Under the pieces are notes generated by a model. It saw nothing but the letters and a program-made list of their open reading frames with translations. It was not told where the DNA came from and did not search any database. Position numbers and translations under genes: made by a program. This document shows positions 47,082 through 59,412 of a stretch of 64,000 nt of DNA, piece by piece. Origin of the DNA: Squalus acanthias. Lineage: Eukaryota. How positions within the stretch are numbered: position 1 is the first letter of the stretch; each line of letters begins with the position of its first letter. The stretch is taken from the NCBI GenBank assembly GCA_030390025.1, contig JASTWF010000180.1:682001-746000 (forward strand), written 5' to 3'.

Positions 47082-47603
47082 GTAAGTGAGATGTGTAAGG
47101 ATGTCAGTGTTTTGTGTTAGAGCATAAAAGAGAAGCAGGTCAACAAATTAATTAAAATGTGGATCAAATGAAAAAAGTGTCTGAATTCATACTTTGCTCT
47201 GTTGCTGGCAGCCCATCCTTCGAGTTAGAAAGTTGTGAGGTGGATCCTCACTCTACACCGAAAACAGGTAATGCAAGGTGATAGTCCAGCGCAGTACTGA
47301 GGGAATGTTCCACTTTCAGAACTACTTGGGAAGATTTCAGAGAGTTCTGGTGATCTGATATATAAATGGTAGCCTTATCTTATTAATGAAAAAAGTAAGT
47401 TCTGCTTGAGTGATGAAAAGAATATTTTTATTCAAATCAGACATGCCAAAAAATAACAATGGGGATTTGAAAACTGTTACTACAAATAGGATCACAATTA
47501 TGGCATTAGGTGATACCAAGTATTGAAATATAAACGCCAGAAGGAGCAGCAATGTACTAAAGTTAGTCTGAAGGGAGTTTTTGCTACAGGGCGCAATGCT
47601 GTG

Positions 47604-47666
47604 TGAATGATAGAGCTACCAATAAGCTTACCTTTGGAAAAGGGACAAAGTTAACTGTGGAGCCAA
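47604..47666 (+). CDS. TRAJ: TCR alpha J segment J63 (A)
   Basis: RSS 47576-47603; NDRATNKLTFGKGTKLTVEP; GTAGGT. Confidence 0.9.
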
Positions 47667-48408
47667 GTAGGTATTCATTAATGATTATAGACTGTCTATT
47701 TACTGACATATATGCGTGTGTTCTCTGCACTGCCCACAAATAGTTTCTCGATACGATCAATTAATCCTGAATATTGGAATATTTATGCCGCTTCTTATGG
47801 GAGTGTGGCTATAATAATGCAGGATTATTACCAGCATTATAATCTTTAATTAAAGACTATAATGGTTACAATCATCTTGAAACTAATTACCAGATGTTGA
47901 CGTTAACTACAGGACAATAAAGACACATGACTGTAATAGAACAACCTAATCTTTCATTAATGAACCAACAGACTGACATTGGGAGAGAAGGGTCAGAAAT
48001 CCTAGGTTTGCTCAGTTGTTCTGAGCCCATCTTGTGCGATAGAAAGTTGTGAGGTGGATCCTCGCTCTATATCGAAAACATGTAATGCAAGTTGATAGTC
48101 CAGCGAAGTGCAGAGGGAGTGTTCCACATTTAGAACTACTTGGGAAGCCTTCGGGGAGTTCTGGTGAACTGATATATAAATGGTAGCCTGACCTTTCTAA
48201 CGCACAAGAAATAAGTCATGTTTGGATTATCGACAGAATATTTTAATTAAAAAAGTCACATATGCTTAATAATTAAAATGGTTTGTACAGATTGTTACAC
48301 AATAATGGGAATGAGTGATAGCAAGTATTCAAATATAACTGCCAGACCGAGCAGCAATCTACTAAAGTTAGTCTGAAGGGAGTTGTTGTTAAAGGCCGCA
48401 ATGCTGTG

Positions 48409-48471
48409 TGAATCTTGGAGTTAACACCAAGCTTATCTTTGGAAAAGGGACCAAGTTAACTGTGGAGCCAA
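48409..48471 (+). CDS. TRAJ: TCR alpha J segment J64 (A)
   Basis: AGTTGTTGT(48381)-12-TGCTGTG; NLGVNTKLIFGKGTKLTVEP; GTAGGT. Confidence 0.87.
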
Positions 48472-48794
48472 GTAGGTATTCATTAATAACTATAGACTGT
48501 CTATTTACTTACATATATGTGTGTGTTCTCTGTACTGCCCACAATGTATCAAATCATTTCTCTGAATGTTCAATTAATCCTGAATATTTGAACATTTATG
48601 CCGCTTACTATTGGAGTATGGATATGATAATTCAGGTACCATGAGTGATGCTGGATTAATGCAAGAATAGGCACTTGTTAATAATTAACCTGGAATATTG
48701 ATAATGCTTAAATATATCATACAGTTAATTTCATAGATAGTCAATATGCCTGGCATTAGGTAAAAGGGTTTATGCACTGGTATGTAAGGCTGTG

Positions 48795-48851
48795 TGAATA
48801 ATCTCAAGAAGCAAACGTTTGGATCTGGGACCAAACTAATGGTGCAGCCTA
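48795..48851 (+). CDS. TRAJ: TCR alpha J segment J65 (B, ancestral type)
   Basis: GGTTTATGC(48767)-12-GGCTGTG; NNLKKQTFGSGTKLMVQP; GTAAGT. Confidence 0.87.
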
Positions 48852-49561
48852 GTAAGTGCAGTTTAATTCTGTATTATTTATTATGATGATCACAGTCAAA
48901 ACATGGTTTTGCTAGTAAGTATCGTCAGTTCGTTATAATTAAAGGTAAATATCAGCAAAGACTGAACAGGCTGGGGATCATTTCACTCGGAAAGACAAGG
49001 CTGAATAGTGAATTAATAGAGGTCTTCAACATTATGAAGGGGTTAGACTTATAGAAGATCTTTCCACTTGTTGCAGAGACCAAAACTAGGGCTCATCTGT
49101 ATGATAGAGTTACTAATAAATCCAATAAAAAATACATGAGAAACTTATTTACCCAGAGAGTGGTTAGACTGTGGAACTCGCTACTTCATGGTGTAGTTGA
49201 TGGGAATAGCATAGGTGCATTTAAGATAAGCACATTTGGAGAAAGGAATAGGAGGATCTGCAGAGAGGGTTTGATAAAGTAGGGGGGAGGAGGCTTGTGT
49301 GGAGCATAAACCCGGGCACAGACCAGTTGGGCCGAATGGGTTGTTTCTGTGCTGCCAATTCTATGTTTAAGTTTAATTTCTATGCTAAAGTTATTTCGTA
49401 TGGAAGATATTAACTGTTTGCACATCATAAATTCAAAAAGGAAATGTAAACATTCCACAACTTAACTCAAAAAACAGATGGTTCCAGAAGAAATAACAAG
49501 TGATGTAATGTCTGGGAATGTCTGGCTGGGGATGGTTTTAGTATTAGTATATCAGGCTGTG

Positions 49562-49621
49562 TGAATCTTGGTAATAATTAGCTGGTCTTTGGATCTGGGA
49601 CCAGGCTCAATGTTATCCCAA
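49562..49621 (+). pseudogene. TRAJ: TCR alpha J segment J66 (C) with in-frame stop
   Basis: RSS 49534-49561 intact; NLGNN*LVFGSGTRLNVIP (TAG 49579-49581). Confidence 0.85.
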
Positions 49622-50142
49622 GTAAGTGAGATGTTTAAGGATGTCTGTTTTATGTGTTAGAGCACAAAAGAGAAGCAGGTCAACAAATTAATTGAAATAT
49701 GGATCAAATGGAAAAAGTGTCAGCAATCATAACTTTGCTCTGTTGCTGGCAGCCCATCCTTGAGTTAAAAAGTTGTGAGATGGATCCTCACTCTATAGCG
49801 AAAACATGTAATGCAAGTTGATAGTCCAGCGCAGTACTGAGTGAGGGTTCCATTTTCAGAACTACTTGGGAAGCATTCGGAGAGTTCTGGTGAACTGATA
49901 TATAAATGGTAGCCTGAGCTTATTTATGAAAAAAGTACGTTTATCCTTGCGTGATGAACAGAATATTTTAAAAATCAGATATACCTAATAAATAACAATG
50001 GGCATTTGTAAACGGTTTCTACAGATAGCATCACAATTACGGGATTGTGTGATACCAAGTAAACAAATATAACCGCCAGAAAGAGCAGCAATGTACTAAA
50101 GTTAGTCTGAAGGAAGTTTTTGTTAGAGGCCGCAATGCTGTG

Positions 50143-50205
50143 TGAATGCTGGAAGTGCCACCAAGCTTATTTTTGGAAAAGGGACAAAGTTAACTGTATT
50201 GCCAA
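50143..50205 (+). CDS. TRAJ: TCR alpha J segment J67 (A)
   Basis: RSS 50115-50142; NAGSATKLIFGKGTKLTVLP; GTAGGT. Confidence 0.9.
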
Positions 50206-50629
50206 GTAGGTATTCATTAATAACTATAGACTGTCTATTTATTTACATATCTGTGTGTGTTCTCGGCACTGCTGACAATGTATCAAATCATTTCTCTAAA
50301 TATTCAGTTCATCCTGAATATTGGAACATTTATGCCGCTTCTTAATGGGGTATCGATATGATAATTCAGGGAATAATGCAAAATTTCTGCATTGTTTATT
50401 ATTTTAACCTGGAATATTGATAATGCATGTATATAACGTACAGTTGATTTCGTAGATAGTCAATCTGCTTGGCATCAGTTAAACGGTTTCTGTACTGGTC
50501 TGTCATGCATTGTGCATAATCTCAATTTATGATGTACAAACCAAGTATTCAAACATAACGGCCAGAAAGAGCAGCAATGTACTAAAGTTTTTAAAGAAGG
50601 GAGTTTTTGCCAAAGGGTGTAATGCTGTG

Positions 50630-50689
50630 TGAATGATGCAGGTTACAAACTAACATTTGGATCTGGGACCAAACTAATGGTCCAGCCAA
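50630..50689 (+). CDS. TRAJ: TCR alpha J segment J68 (B')
   Basis: RSS 50602-50629; NDAGYKLTFGSGTKLMVQP; GTAAGT. Confidence 0.9.
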
Positions 50690-51385
50690 GTAAGTGAAGT
50701 TTAATTCTGTATTTTTCTATTATGATGATCACAGTCAAAACATTGTTTTGTTAATAAATATCGTCAGTGCGTTACATTTAAAGGTAACTATCAGCAAAGA
50801 CTGAAAAGGCTGGGGATCAGTTCTCTGGGAAAGAGAAGGCTGAAGTGTGACTTAATAGAGGTCTTCAACATTATGAAGAGGTTAGACTTAGAGAAGATCT
50901 TTCCACTTGTTGGGGAGACCAAAACTAGGGCTCATCTGTATGATATAGTTACTAATAAATCCAATAAAGAATTCAGGAGAAAGTTATTTACTCAGAGAGT
51001 GTTAGACTGTGGAACTCGCTACTACATGGAGTAGTTGATGGGAATAGCATAGATGCATTTAAGATAAGCACATTTGGAGAAAGGATTAGAAGGACCTGCG
51101 GAGAGGGTTTCATAAAGTAGGGAGGGAAGAGGCTTGTGTGGAGCATAAACACGGGCACAGGCCAGTTGGGCCGAATGGGTTGTTTCTGTGCTGCCAATTC
51201 TATGTAACTCTATGTTAAAGTTATTTGGTATGGAAGATATTAACTGTTTGCACATCATAAATTCAAAGGGAAAGATAAAAGTTCCAAAATTCATAAAACG
51301 GATGGGTCTTTAAGAAATGACAAGTGATGTAATGTCTGGGAATGTCTGGCTGGGGAAGGTTTTAGTATCAGTATATCAGGCTGTG

Positions 51386-51445
51386 TGAATCTTGGCAATA
51401 ATAAGCTGATCTTTGGATCTGGGACCAGGCTCAATGTTATACCAA
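51386..51445 (+). CDS. TRAJ: TCR alpha J segment J69 (C)
   Basis: RSS 51358-51385; NLGNNKLIFGSGTRLNVIP; GTAAGT. Confidence 0.9.
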
Positions 51446-51969
51446 GTAAGTGAGATGTGTAAGGATGTCTGTTTTATGTGTTAGAGCATAAAAGAGAAGC
51501 AGGTCAATTAATTAATTGAAATGTGGATCAAATAGAGAAAAGTGTCAGAAATCATAACTTTGCTCTGTTGCTGGCAGCCCATCCTTGAGTTAGAAAGTTG
51601 TGAGGAGGATCCTCACTCTATACCGAAAACATGTAATGCAAGTTGATAGTCCAGCGCAGTACTGAGGGAGGGTTACACTTTCAGAACTACTTGGGAAGCA
51701 TTCGGAAAGTTCTGGTGAACTGATGTATAAATGGTAGCCTTAGCTTATTAATGAAAAAAGTAAGTTCTGTTTGAGTGATTAACAGAATATTTTTATTCAA
51801 ATCAGATGTACCCAAAAAATAACAGTGGGCAATTGAAAACGCATTCTACAGATAATATCACAATTATGGCATTAGGTGATACCAAGTAATCAAATATAAC
51901 CGCCAGACAGAGCAGCAATGTACTAAAGTTAGTCTGAAGGGAGTTTTTGTTGAAGGGCGCAATGCTGTG

Positions 51970-52032
51970 TGAATGCTGCAGGTATCAATAAGCTTACCTT
52001 TGGAAAAGGGACAAAGTTAACTGTGGAGCCAA
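51970..52032 (+). CDS. TRAJ: TCR alpha J segment J70 (A)
   Basis: RSS 51942-51969; NAAGINKLTFGKGTKLTVEP; GTAGGT. Confidence 0.9.
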
Positions 52033-52356
52033 GTAGGTATTCATTAATAACTATAGACTGTCTATTTACTTACATACATGTGAATGTTTTCTGCACTACC
52101 TAAAATGTATCAAATCATTTCCCGATATGTTCAGTTAATCCTGAATATTGGAACATTTATGCTGCTTATTATTGGAGTATGTATTTCATAATTCAGGTAT
52201 TCTGAGTGATGTTGGATTAATGAAAGAATAGGCACTTGTTAATATTTTAATCTGGACTATTGATAATGTTTAAATATAATATACAGTTGATTTCGTAGAT
52301 AGTCAATATGCTTGGCACCAGGTAAAAGGGTTTATGCACTGGCATGTAATGCTGTG

Positions 52357-52413
52357 TGAATACTCTCAATAAACTAACATTTGGATCTGGGACCAAACTA
52401 ATGGTGCAACCAA
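52357..52413 (+). CDS. TRAJ: TCR alpha J segment J71 (B, ancestral type)
   Basis: GGTTTATGC(52329)-12-TGCTGTG; NTLNKLTFGSGTKLMVQP; GTAAGT. Confidence 0.9.
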
Positions 52414-53130
52414 GTAAGTGAAGTTAAATTCTATATTTTCTATTATGATGATCACAGTCAAAACATGGTTTAGATCATAAGTATCGTCAGTTCATTAAAA
52501 TTAAAGGTAAATAATAACTATCAGCAAAGAATGAACAGGCTGGGGATCATTTCTCTAGACAAGAGAAGGCAGAGTGGTGATCTTATCGAGGTCATTAACA
52601 ATATGAACGGGCTTGATAGGGTAGACATTGAGAAGATCTTTCCACGTGTTGGGGAGATCAAAGCTAGGGCTCATCAATATGAGATAGGCACTAATACATC
52701 CAATAAAGAATGTAGGAGAAACTTATTTACCCAGAGAGTGATTTGAATGTTGATCTCGCTACTATATGGAGTAGTTTATGGGAGTAGCATAGATGCATTT
52801 AAGATAACAACATGAGGGAGAAAGGATTAAAAGAATCTGCAGAGAGGATTTGATAAAGTAGGGGGGAGGAGGCTTGTGTGGAGCATAAACACGGGCACAG
52901 ACCAGTTGGGCCGAATGGGTTGTTTCTGTGCTGCCAGTTCTATGTCATTCTATGTTAAAGTTATTTGGTATGGAAGATATTAACTGTTTGCTCATCATAA
53001 ATTCAAAGGGAAATGCAAACATTCCAAAACTTAACTCATAAAACGGATAGTTCTAGAAGAAATAACAAGTGATGTAATGTCTGGGAATGTCTGGCTGGGG
53101 AAGGTTTTAGTATTAGTATATCAGGCTGTG

Positions 53131-53190
53131 TGAATCTTGGTACTGATAAGCTGATCTTTGGAACTGGGACCAGGCTCAATGTTATCCCAA
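53131..53190 (+). CDS. TRAJ: TCR alpha J segment J72 (C)
   Basis: RSS 53103-53130; NLGTDKLIFGTGTRLNVIP; GTAAGT. Confidence 0.9.
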
Positions 53191-53715
53191 GTAAGTGAGA
53201 TGTTTAAGGATGTCTGTTTTATGTGTTAGAGCACAAAAGAGAAGCAGGTCAACAAATTAATTGAAATATGGATCAAATAGAGAAAAGTGACAGAAATCAT
53301 AACTTTGCTCTGTTGCTGGCAGCCCATCCTTCGAGTTAAAAAGTTGTGAGGTGGATCCTCACTCTATACCGAAAACATGTAATGCAAGTTGATAGTCCAG
53401 CGCAGTACTGAGGGAGGGTTCCATTTTCAGAACGACTTGGGAAGCCTTCGGAGAGTTCTGGTGAACTGATATATAAATGGTAGCCTTAGAGTATTCATGA
53501 AAAAAGTAAGTTATGCTTGGGTGATACACAGAATATTTTTATTAAAATCAGATATGCCTAAAAAATAACAATGGGCATTTGAAAACGGTTTCTACAGATA
53601 GCATCACAATTACGGGATTGGGTGATACCAAGTAAACAAATATAACCGCCAGACAGAGGAGCAATGTACTAAAGTTAGTCTGAAGGGAGTTTTTGTTAAA
53701 GGCCGCAATGCTGTG

Positions 53716-53778
53716 TGAATGCTGAAGGTAACACTAAGCTTATCTTTGGAAAAGGGACAAAGTTAACTGTGGAGCCAA
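53716..53778 (+). CDS. TRAJ: TCR alpha J segment J73 (A)
   Basis: RSS 53688-53715; NAEGNTKLIFGKGTKLTVEP; GTAGGT. Confidence 0.9.
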
Positions 53779-54200
53779 GTAGGTATTCATTAATAACTAT
53801 AGACTGTCTATTTATTTACATATATGTGTGTGTTCTCTGCACTGCCCAACATGTATCAAATCATTTCTCTAAATGTTCAGTTCATGCTGAATAGTGGAAC
53901 ATTTATGCCACTTCTTAATGGGGTATCGATATGATAATTCAAGGAATAATGCAAAATTTTGCATTTGTTCGTATTTTAACCTGGAATATTAATAATGCAT
54001 ATATACAACGTACATTTGATTTCGTAGATAGTCAATCTGCTTGGCATCAGGTGAAGGGTTTCTGCACTGCCATCTAATGCATTGTGCATAATCTCAATTT
54101 ATGCTGTGCAAACCATGTATTCAAACATAACGGCCAGAAAGAGCAGTACTGTACTAAAGTTTGTCTGAAGGGAGTTTTTGCTAATGGCCGCAATGCTGTG

Positions 54201-54260
54201 TCAATGCTGGAGGTTTCAAACTAACATTTGGATCTGGGACCAAACTAATGGTGCAGCCCA
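54201..54260 (+). CDS. TRAJ: TCR alpha J segment J74 (B')
   Basis: RSS 54173-54200; NAGGFKLTFGSGTKLMVQP; GTAAGA. Confidence 0.9.
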
Positions 54261-54959
54261 GTAAGAGAAGTTTAATTCTGTATTTTCTATTATGATGATA
54301 ACAGTCAAAACATTGTTTTGTTAAAAAGTATCGTCAGTTCATTGCAATTAAAGGTAACTATCAGCAAAGACTGAACAGGCTGGGGATCAGTTCTCTAGGA
54401 AAGAGAAGGCTGAAGTGTGAATTAATAGAGGTCTTCAACATGATGAAGAGGTTAGACTTATAGAAGGTCTTTCCACTTGTTGGGGAGACAAAAACTAGGG
54501 CTCATCTGTATGATATAGTTACTAATCAATCCAATAAAGAATTCAGAAGAAAGTTATTTACCCAGAGGGTATTTAGAAAGTGGAACTCGTTACTACATGG
54601 AGTAGTTGATGGGAATAGCATAGATGTATTTATGATAACAACATGAGAGAGAAAGGATTAGAAGGATCTGGAGAGAGGGTTTGAAAAGTAGGGGGGAGGA
54701 GGCTTGTGTGGAGCATAAACCGGGCACAGACCAGTTGGGCCGAATGGGTTGTTTCTGTGCTGCCAATTCTATGTAATTCTATGTTAAAGTTATTTGGTAT
54801 GGAAGATATTACCTGTTTGCAAATCATAATTTTAAAGGGAAATGTAAACATTCCAAAGCTTAACTCAAAAAACAGATGGTTCATTAAGAAATGACAAGTG
54901 ATGTAATGTCTGGGAATGTCTGGCTGGGGAAGGTTTTAGTATCAGTATATCAGGCTGTG

Positions 54960-55016
54960 TGAATCCTGCTGATAAGCTGATCTTTGGATCTGGGACCAGG
55001 CTCAATGTTATACCAA
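54960..55016 (+). CDS. TRAJ: TCR alpha J segment J75 (C)
   Basis: RSS 54932-54959; NPADKLIFGSGTRLNVIP; GTAAGT. Confidence 0.9.
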
Positions 55017-55532
55017 GTAAGTGAGATATTTAAGGATGTCTGTTTTATGTGTTAGAGCATACAAGAGAAGCAGGTCAACAAATTAATTAAAATGTGGATC
55101 AAATGAAAAAGTTGTCAGAAATCATAACTTTGCTCTGTTGCTGGCAGCCCATCCTTCGAGTTAGAAAGTTGTGAGGTGGATCCTCACTCAATACCCAAAA
55201 TATGTAATGCAAGTTGATAGTGCAGCGCAGTACTGAGGGTGGGTTACATTTTCAGAACTACTTGGGAAGCATTCAGGAAGTTCTGGTGATCTGATATATA
55301 AATGGTAGCCTTAGAATATTAATGAAAAAGTAAGTTATGCTTGGGTGAATATTTTTATTAAAATCAGATAGGCCTAAAAAAATAACAATGGGCATTTGAA
55401 AACGGTTTCTGCAGATAGTTTCACAATTATGGGATTGTGTGATCCCAAGTATTCAAATATAACCGCCAGACAGAGCAGCAATGAACTAAAGTTAGTCTGA
55501 AGGGAGTTTTTGTTAAAGGGCACAATGCTGTG

Positions 55533-55595
55533 TGTATGATGAAGTTGTCAACAAGCTTATCTTTGGAAAAGGGACAAAGTTAACTGTGGGGCCAA
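55533..55595 (+). CDS. TRAJ: TCR alpha J segment J76 (A)
   Basis: RSS 55505-55532; YDEVVNKLIFGKGTKLTVGP; GTAGGT. Confidence 0.88.
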
Positions 55596-56017
55596 GTAGG
55601 TATTCATTAATAACTATTGACTGTCTATTTACTCACATATATGTGTGTGTTCTCTGCACTGCCCACAATGTATCAAATCATTTCTCTAAATGTTTAATTA
55701 CTCCTGAATATTGGAGCATTTATGCAGCTTCTTATTGGAGTAGGGATATGATAATTCAGGGAATAATGCAAGAATAGGCATTTGTTAATAATTCAACCTG
55801 GAATATTGATAATGCATATATATAACGTACAGTTGATTTCGTAGATAGTCGATCTGCTTGGCATCAGGTGAAGGTTTTCTGTACTAGCATGTAATGAATT
55901 GTGCATAATCTCAATTTATGATGTACAAACCAAGTATTGAAACATAACGGCCAGAAAGAGCAGTAATGTACTAAAGGTAGTCTGAAGGTAGTTTTTGCCA
56001 AAGGGTGTAATGCTGTG

Positions 56018-56077
56018 TGAATGCTGGAGGTTTCACACTAACATTTGGATCTGGGACCAAACTAATGGTGCAGCCAA
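56018..56077 (+). CDS. TRAJ: TCR alpha J segment J77 (B')
   Basis: RSS 55990-56017; NAGGFTLTFGSGTKLMVQP; GTAAGT. Confidence 0.9.
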
Positions 56078-56779
56078 GTAAGTGAAGTTTAATTCTGTAT
56101 GTTTTATTATGATGATCACAGTCAAAACATTGTTTTATTAAAAAGTATCATCGGTTCGTTATAATTTAAGGTAACTATCAGCAAAGACTGAACAGGTTGG
56201 GGATCATTACTCTCGGAAAGAGAAGGCTGAAGGGTGATTTAATAGACGTCTTCAACATGATGAAGGGGTTAGACTTATAGAAGATCTTTCCACTTGTTGG
56301 GGAGACCAAAACTAGGGCTCATCTGTATGATATAGTTACTAATACATCCAATAAAGAATTCAGGAGAAAGTTATTTACCCAGAGAGTGGTTAGAAAGTGG
56401 AACTCGCTACTACATGGAGTAGTTTATGGGAATAGCATAGATGCATTTAACATAAGCACATGAGGGAGAAAGGGTTAGAAGGATATGCAGAGAGGGTTTG
56501 ATAAAGTAGGGAGGGGAGAGGCTTGTGTGGAGCATAAACCCGGGCACAGACAAGTTGGGCCGAATGGGTTGTTTCTGTGCTGCCAGTTCTATGTAATTCT
56601 ATGTAAAAGTTATTTGGTATGGAAGATATTAACAGTTTGCATGTCATAATTTTAAAGGGAAATGTAAACATTCCAAAACTTACCTCATAAAACGGATGGT
56701 TCTTTCAGAAATAACAAGTGATGTAATGTCTGGGAATGTCTGGCTGGGGAAGGTTTTAGTATTAGTATATCAGGCTGTG

Positions 56780-56839
56780 TGAATGTTGCTGGTACTAAAC
56801 TGATCTTTGGAACTGGGACCAGGCTCAATGTTATCCCAA
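56780..56839 (+). CDS. TRAJ: TCR alpha J segment J78 (C)
   Basis: RSS 56752-56779; NVAGTKLIFGTGTRLNVIP; GTAAGT. Confidence 0.9.
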
Positions 56840-57365
56840 GTAAGTGAGATGTTTAAGGATGTCTGTTTTATGTGTTAGCGCACAAAAGAGAAGCAGGTCA
56901 ACAAATTAATTGAAATATGCATCAAATGGAGAAAAATGACAGAAATCATAACTTTGCTCTGTTGCTGGCAGCCCATCCTTCCAGTTAGAAAGTTGTGAGA
57001 TGGATCCTCACTCTATACCGAAAACATGTAATGTAAGTTGATAGTCCAGCACAGTTGTCTGAGGGAGGGTTCCACTTTCTGAACTACTTGGGAAGTCTTC
57101 GGAGAGTTCTGGTGAGCTGATATATAAGTAGTAGCCTTAGCTTATTAATGAAAAAGGTAAGTTATGCTTGAGTGTTAACAGAAAAAAAATATTTAAATCA
57201 GAGATACCTAATAAATAACAATGGGCATTTGAAAACGGTTTCTACAGATAGTATCACAATTATGGCAATGGGTGCTATCAAGTATTCAAATATAACAGCC
57301 AGAAAGAGTAGCAATGAACTAAAGTTAGTCTGAAGGGAGTTTTTGCTAAAGTGCGCAATGCTGTG

Positions 57366-57428
57366 TGAATGATGGAGGTTTCAACAAGCTTATCTTTGGA
57401 AAAGGGACAAAGTTAACTGTTGAGCCAA
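57366..57428 (+). CDS. TRAJ: TCR alpha J segment J79 (A)
   Basis: RSS 57338-57365; NDGGFNKLIFGKGTKLTVEP; GTAGGT. Confidence 0.9.
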
Positions 57429-58261
57429 GTAGGTATTCATTAATAACTATAGACTGTCTATTTACGTACATATATGTGTGTGTTCTCTGCACTGCCCACA
57501 ATGTATCAAATCATTTCTCTAAATGTTCAATTACTCCAAAATATTGGAACATTTATGCCGCTTCTTATTGGAGTATGGATATGCTAATTCAGGTATCATG
57601 AGTGATGGTTCTGATCAGTGCAGTTAATTGTCCTATATTATGCACCTTATTAGCCTAAAATGATTATCTGAGTTGAACATGATATTGGAGTATGGATATC
57701 ATAATTCAGGATTATTGCCAGCATTATAATCTTTAATTGAAGACTACAATGCCTGCAATCATTTTGAATATAATTACCAGCTATTGACGTTAACTACCGG
57801 ACAATAAAGACACATGACTGGAATAGAACAACCTAAGCTTTCATTAATGAACCAACAGACTGACATTGGGAGAGAAGTGTCAGAAATCCGAGGTTTGCTC
57901 AGTCGTTGTCAGCCCAACCTGTGCGTTAGAAAGTTTTGAGATGGATCCCCGCTCTATACATAAAACATGTAATAACCTTTATAGTCCAGCGAGGTACTGA
58001 GGGAGTGTTCCACTTTGAGAAGTACTTGGGAAGCACCCAGGGATACCTTTATAATGCTCAAGAAATAAGTCATGCTTGGGTTATTAACAGAATATTTTCT
58101 TTAAACAGTCATACATGCTTAATAATTAAAATGGCTTGTACAGATAGTTTCGCAACAATGGGATTGAGTGATCCCAAGTATTCAAATGTCACTGCCAGAT
58201 AGAGCAGTAATCTACTAAAGTTAGTCTGAAGGGAGTTTTTGTTAAAGGCCGCAATGCTGTG

Positions 58262-58324
58262 TGAACCTTGGAGGTAACACCAAGCTTATCTTTGGAAAAG
58301 GAACAAAGTTAACTGTGGAGCCAA
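58262..58324 (+). CDS. TRAJ: TCR alpha J segment J80 (A)
   Basis: RSS 58234-58261; NLGGNTKLIFGKGTKLTVEP; GTAGGT. Confidence 0.9.
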
Positions 58325-58638
58325 GTAGGTATTCATTAATAACTATAGACTCTCTATTTACTTACATATATGTGTGTGTTCTCTGCACAGCCTACAAATT
58401 ATCAAATCATATCTAAATTAATTCTTAATATTGGACATTTATGCCGCTACTTATTGGAGTTGGGATATAGTAATTCAGGTATCATGAGTGATGCGGGAAT
58501 AATGCAAGATTAGGCACTTGGTAATAATTTACCCTGGAATATTGATCATGTTTAAATATAACATATATTTGATTTCGTAGATAGTCAATATGCCTGGCAT
58601 CAGGTAAAAGGGTTTATGCACTGTCATGTAATGCTGTG

Positions 58639-58695
58639 TGAATACTTTCAATAAACTAACATTTGGTTCTGGGACCAAACTAATGGTGCAACCAA
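58639..58695 (+). CDS. TRAJ: TCR alpha J segment J81 (B, ancestral type)
   Basis: GGTTTATGC(58611)-12-TGCTGTG; NTFNKLTFGSGTKLMVQP; GTAAGT. Confidence 0.9.
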
Positions 58696-59412
58696 GTAAG
58701 TGAAGTTTAATTCTGCATCTTTTATTAAGATGATCATAGTCCAAAGATTGTTTTGTTAATCAGTATCATCAGTTCGTTACAATTAAAGGTAAATAATAAC
58801 TATCAGCAAAGACTGAACAGGCTGGGGATCATTTCTCTAGACAAGACAAGGCTGAGTGGTGACCTTATCAAGGTAATTAACGGTATGAAGGGGCTTGATA
58901 GGGTAGACATAGAGAAGATCTTTCCACTTGTTGGGGAGACCAAAGCTAGGGCTCATCAATATGGGATAGGCACTAATACATCCAATAATGCATTCAGGAG
59001 AAAATTATTTACCCAGAGAGTGCTTAGAATGTGGAACTCGCTTCTACATGGAGGAGCTAACGGGAATAGCATAGATGCACTTAAGATAAGCCCATTGGGA
59101 GAAAGGATTGGAAGAATATGCGGAGAGGGTTCGATAAAGTAGGCAGGGAGGAGGCTTGTGTGGAGCATAAACCCGGGCACAGACCAGTTGGGCCGAATGG
59201 GTTGTTTCTGTGCTGCCAATTCTATTTAATTCTATGTTAAAGTTATTTGGTATGGAAGATGTTAACTGTTTGCACATCATAAATGCAAAGGGAAATGTAA
59301 ACATTCCAAAGCTTAACTCATAAAACGGATGAATCTTTAAGAAATAACAAGTGATGTAATGTCTGGGAATGTCTGGCTGGGGAAGGTTTTAGTATGAGTA
59401 TATCAGGCTGTG

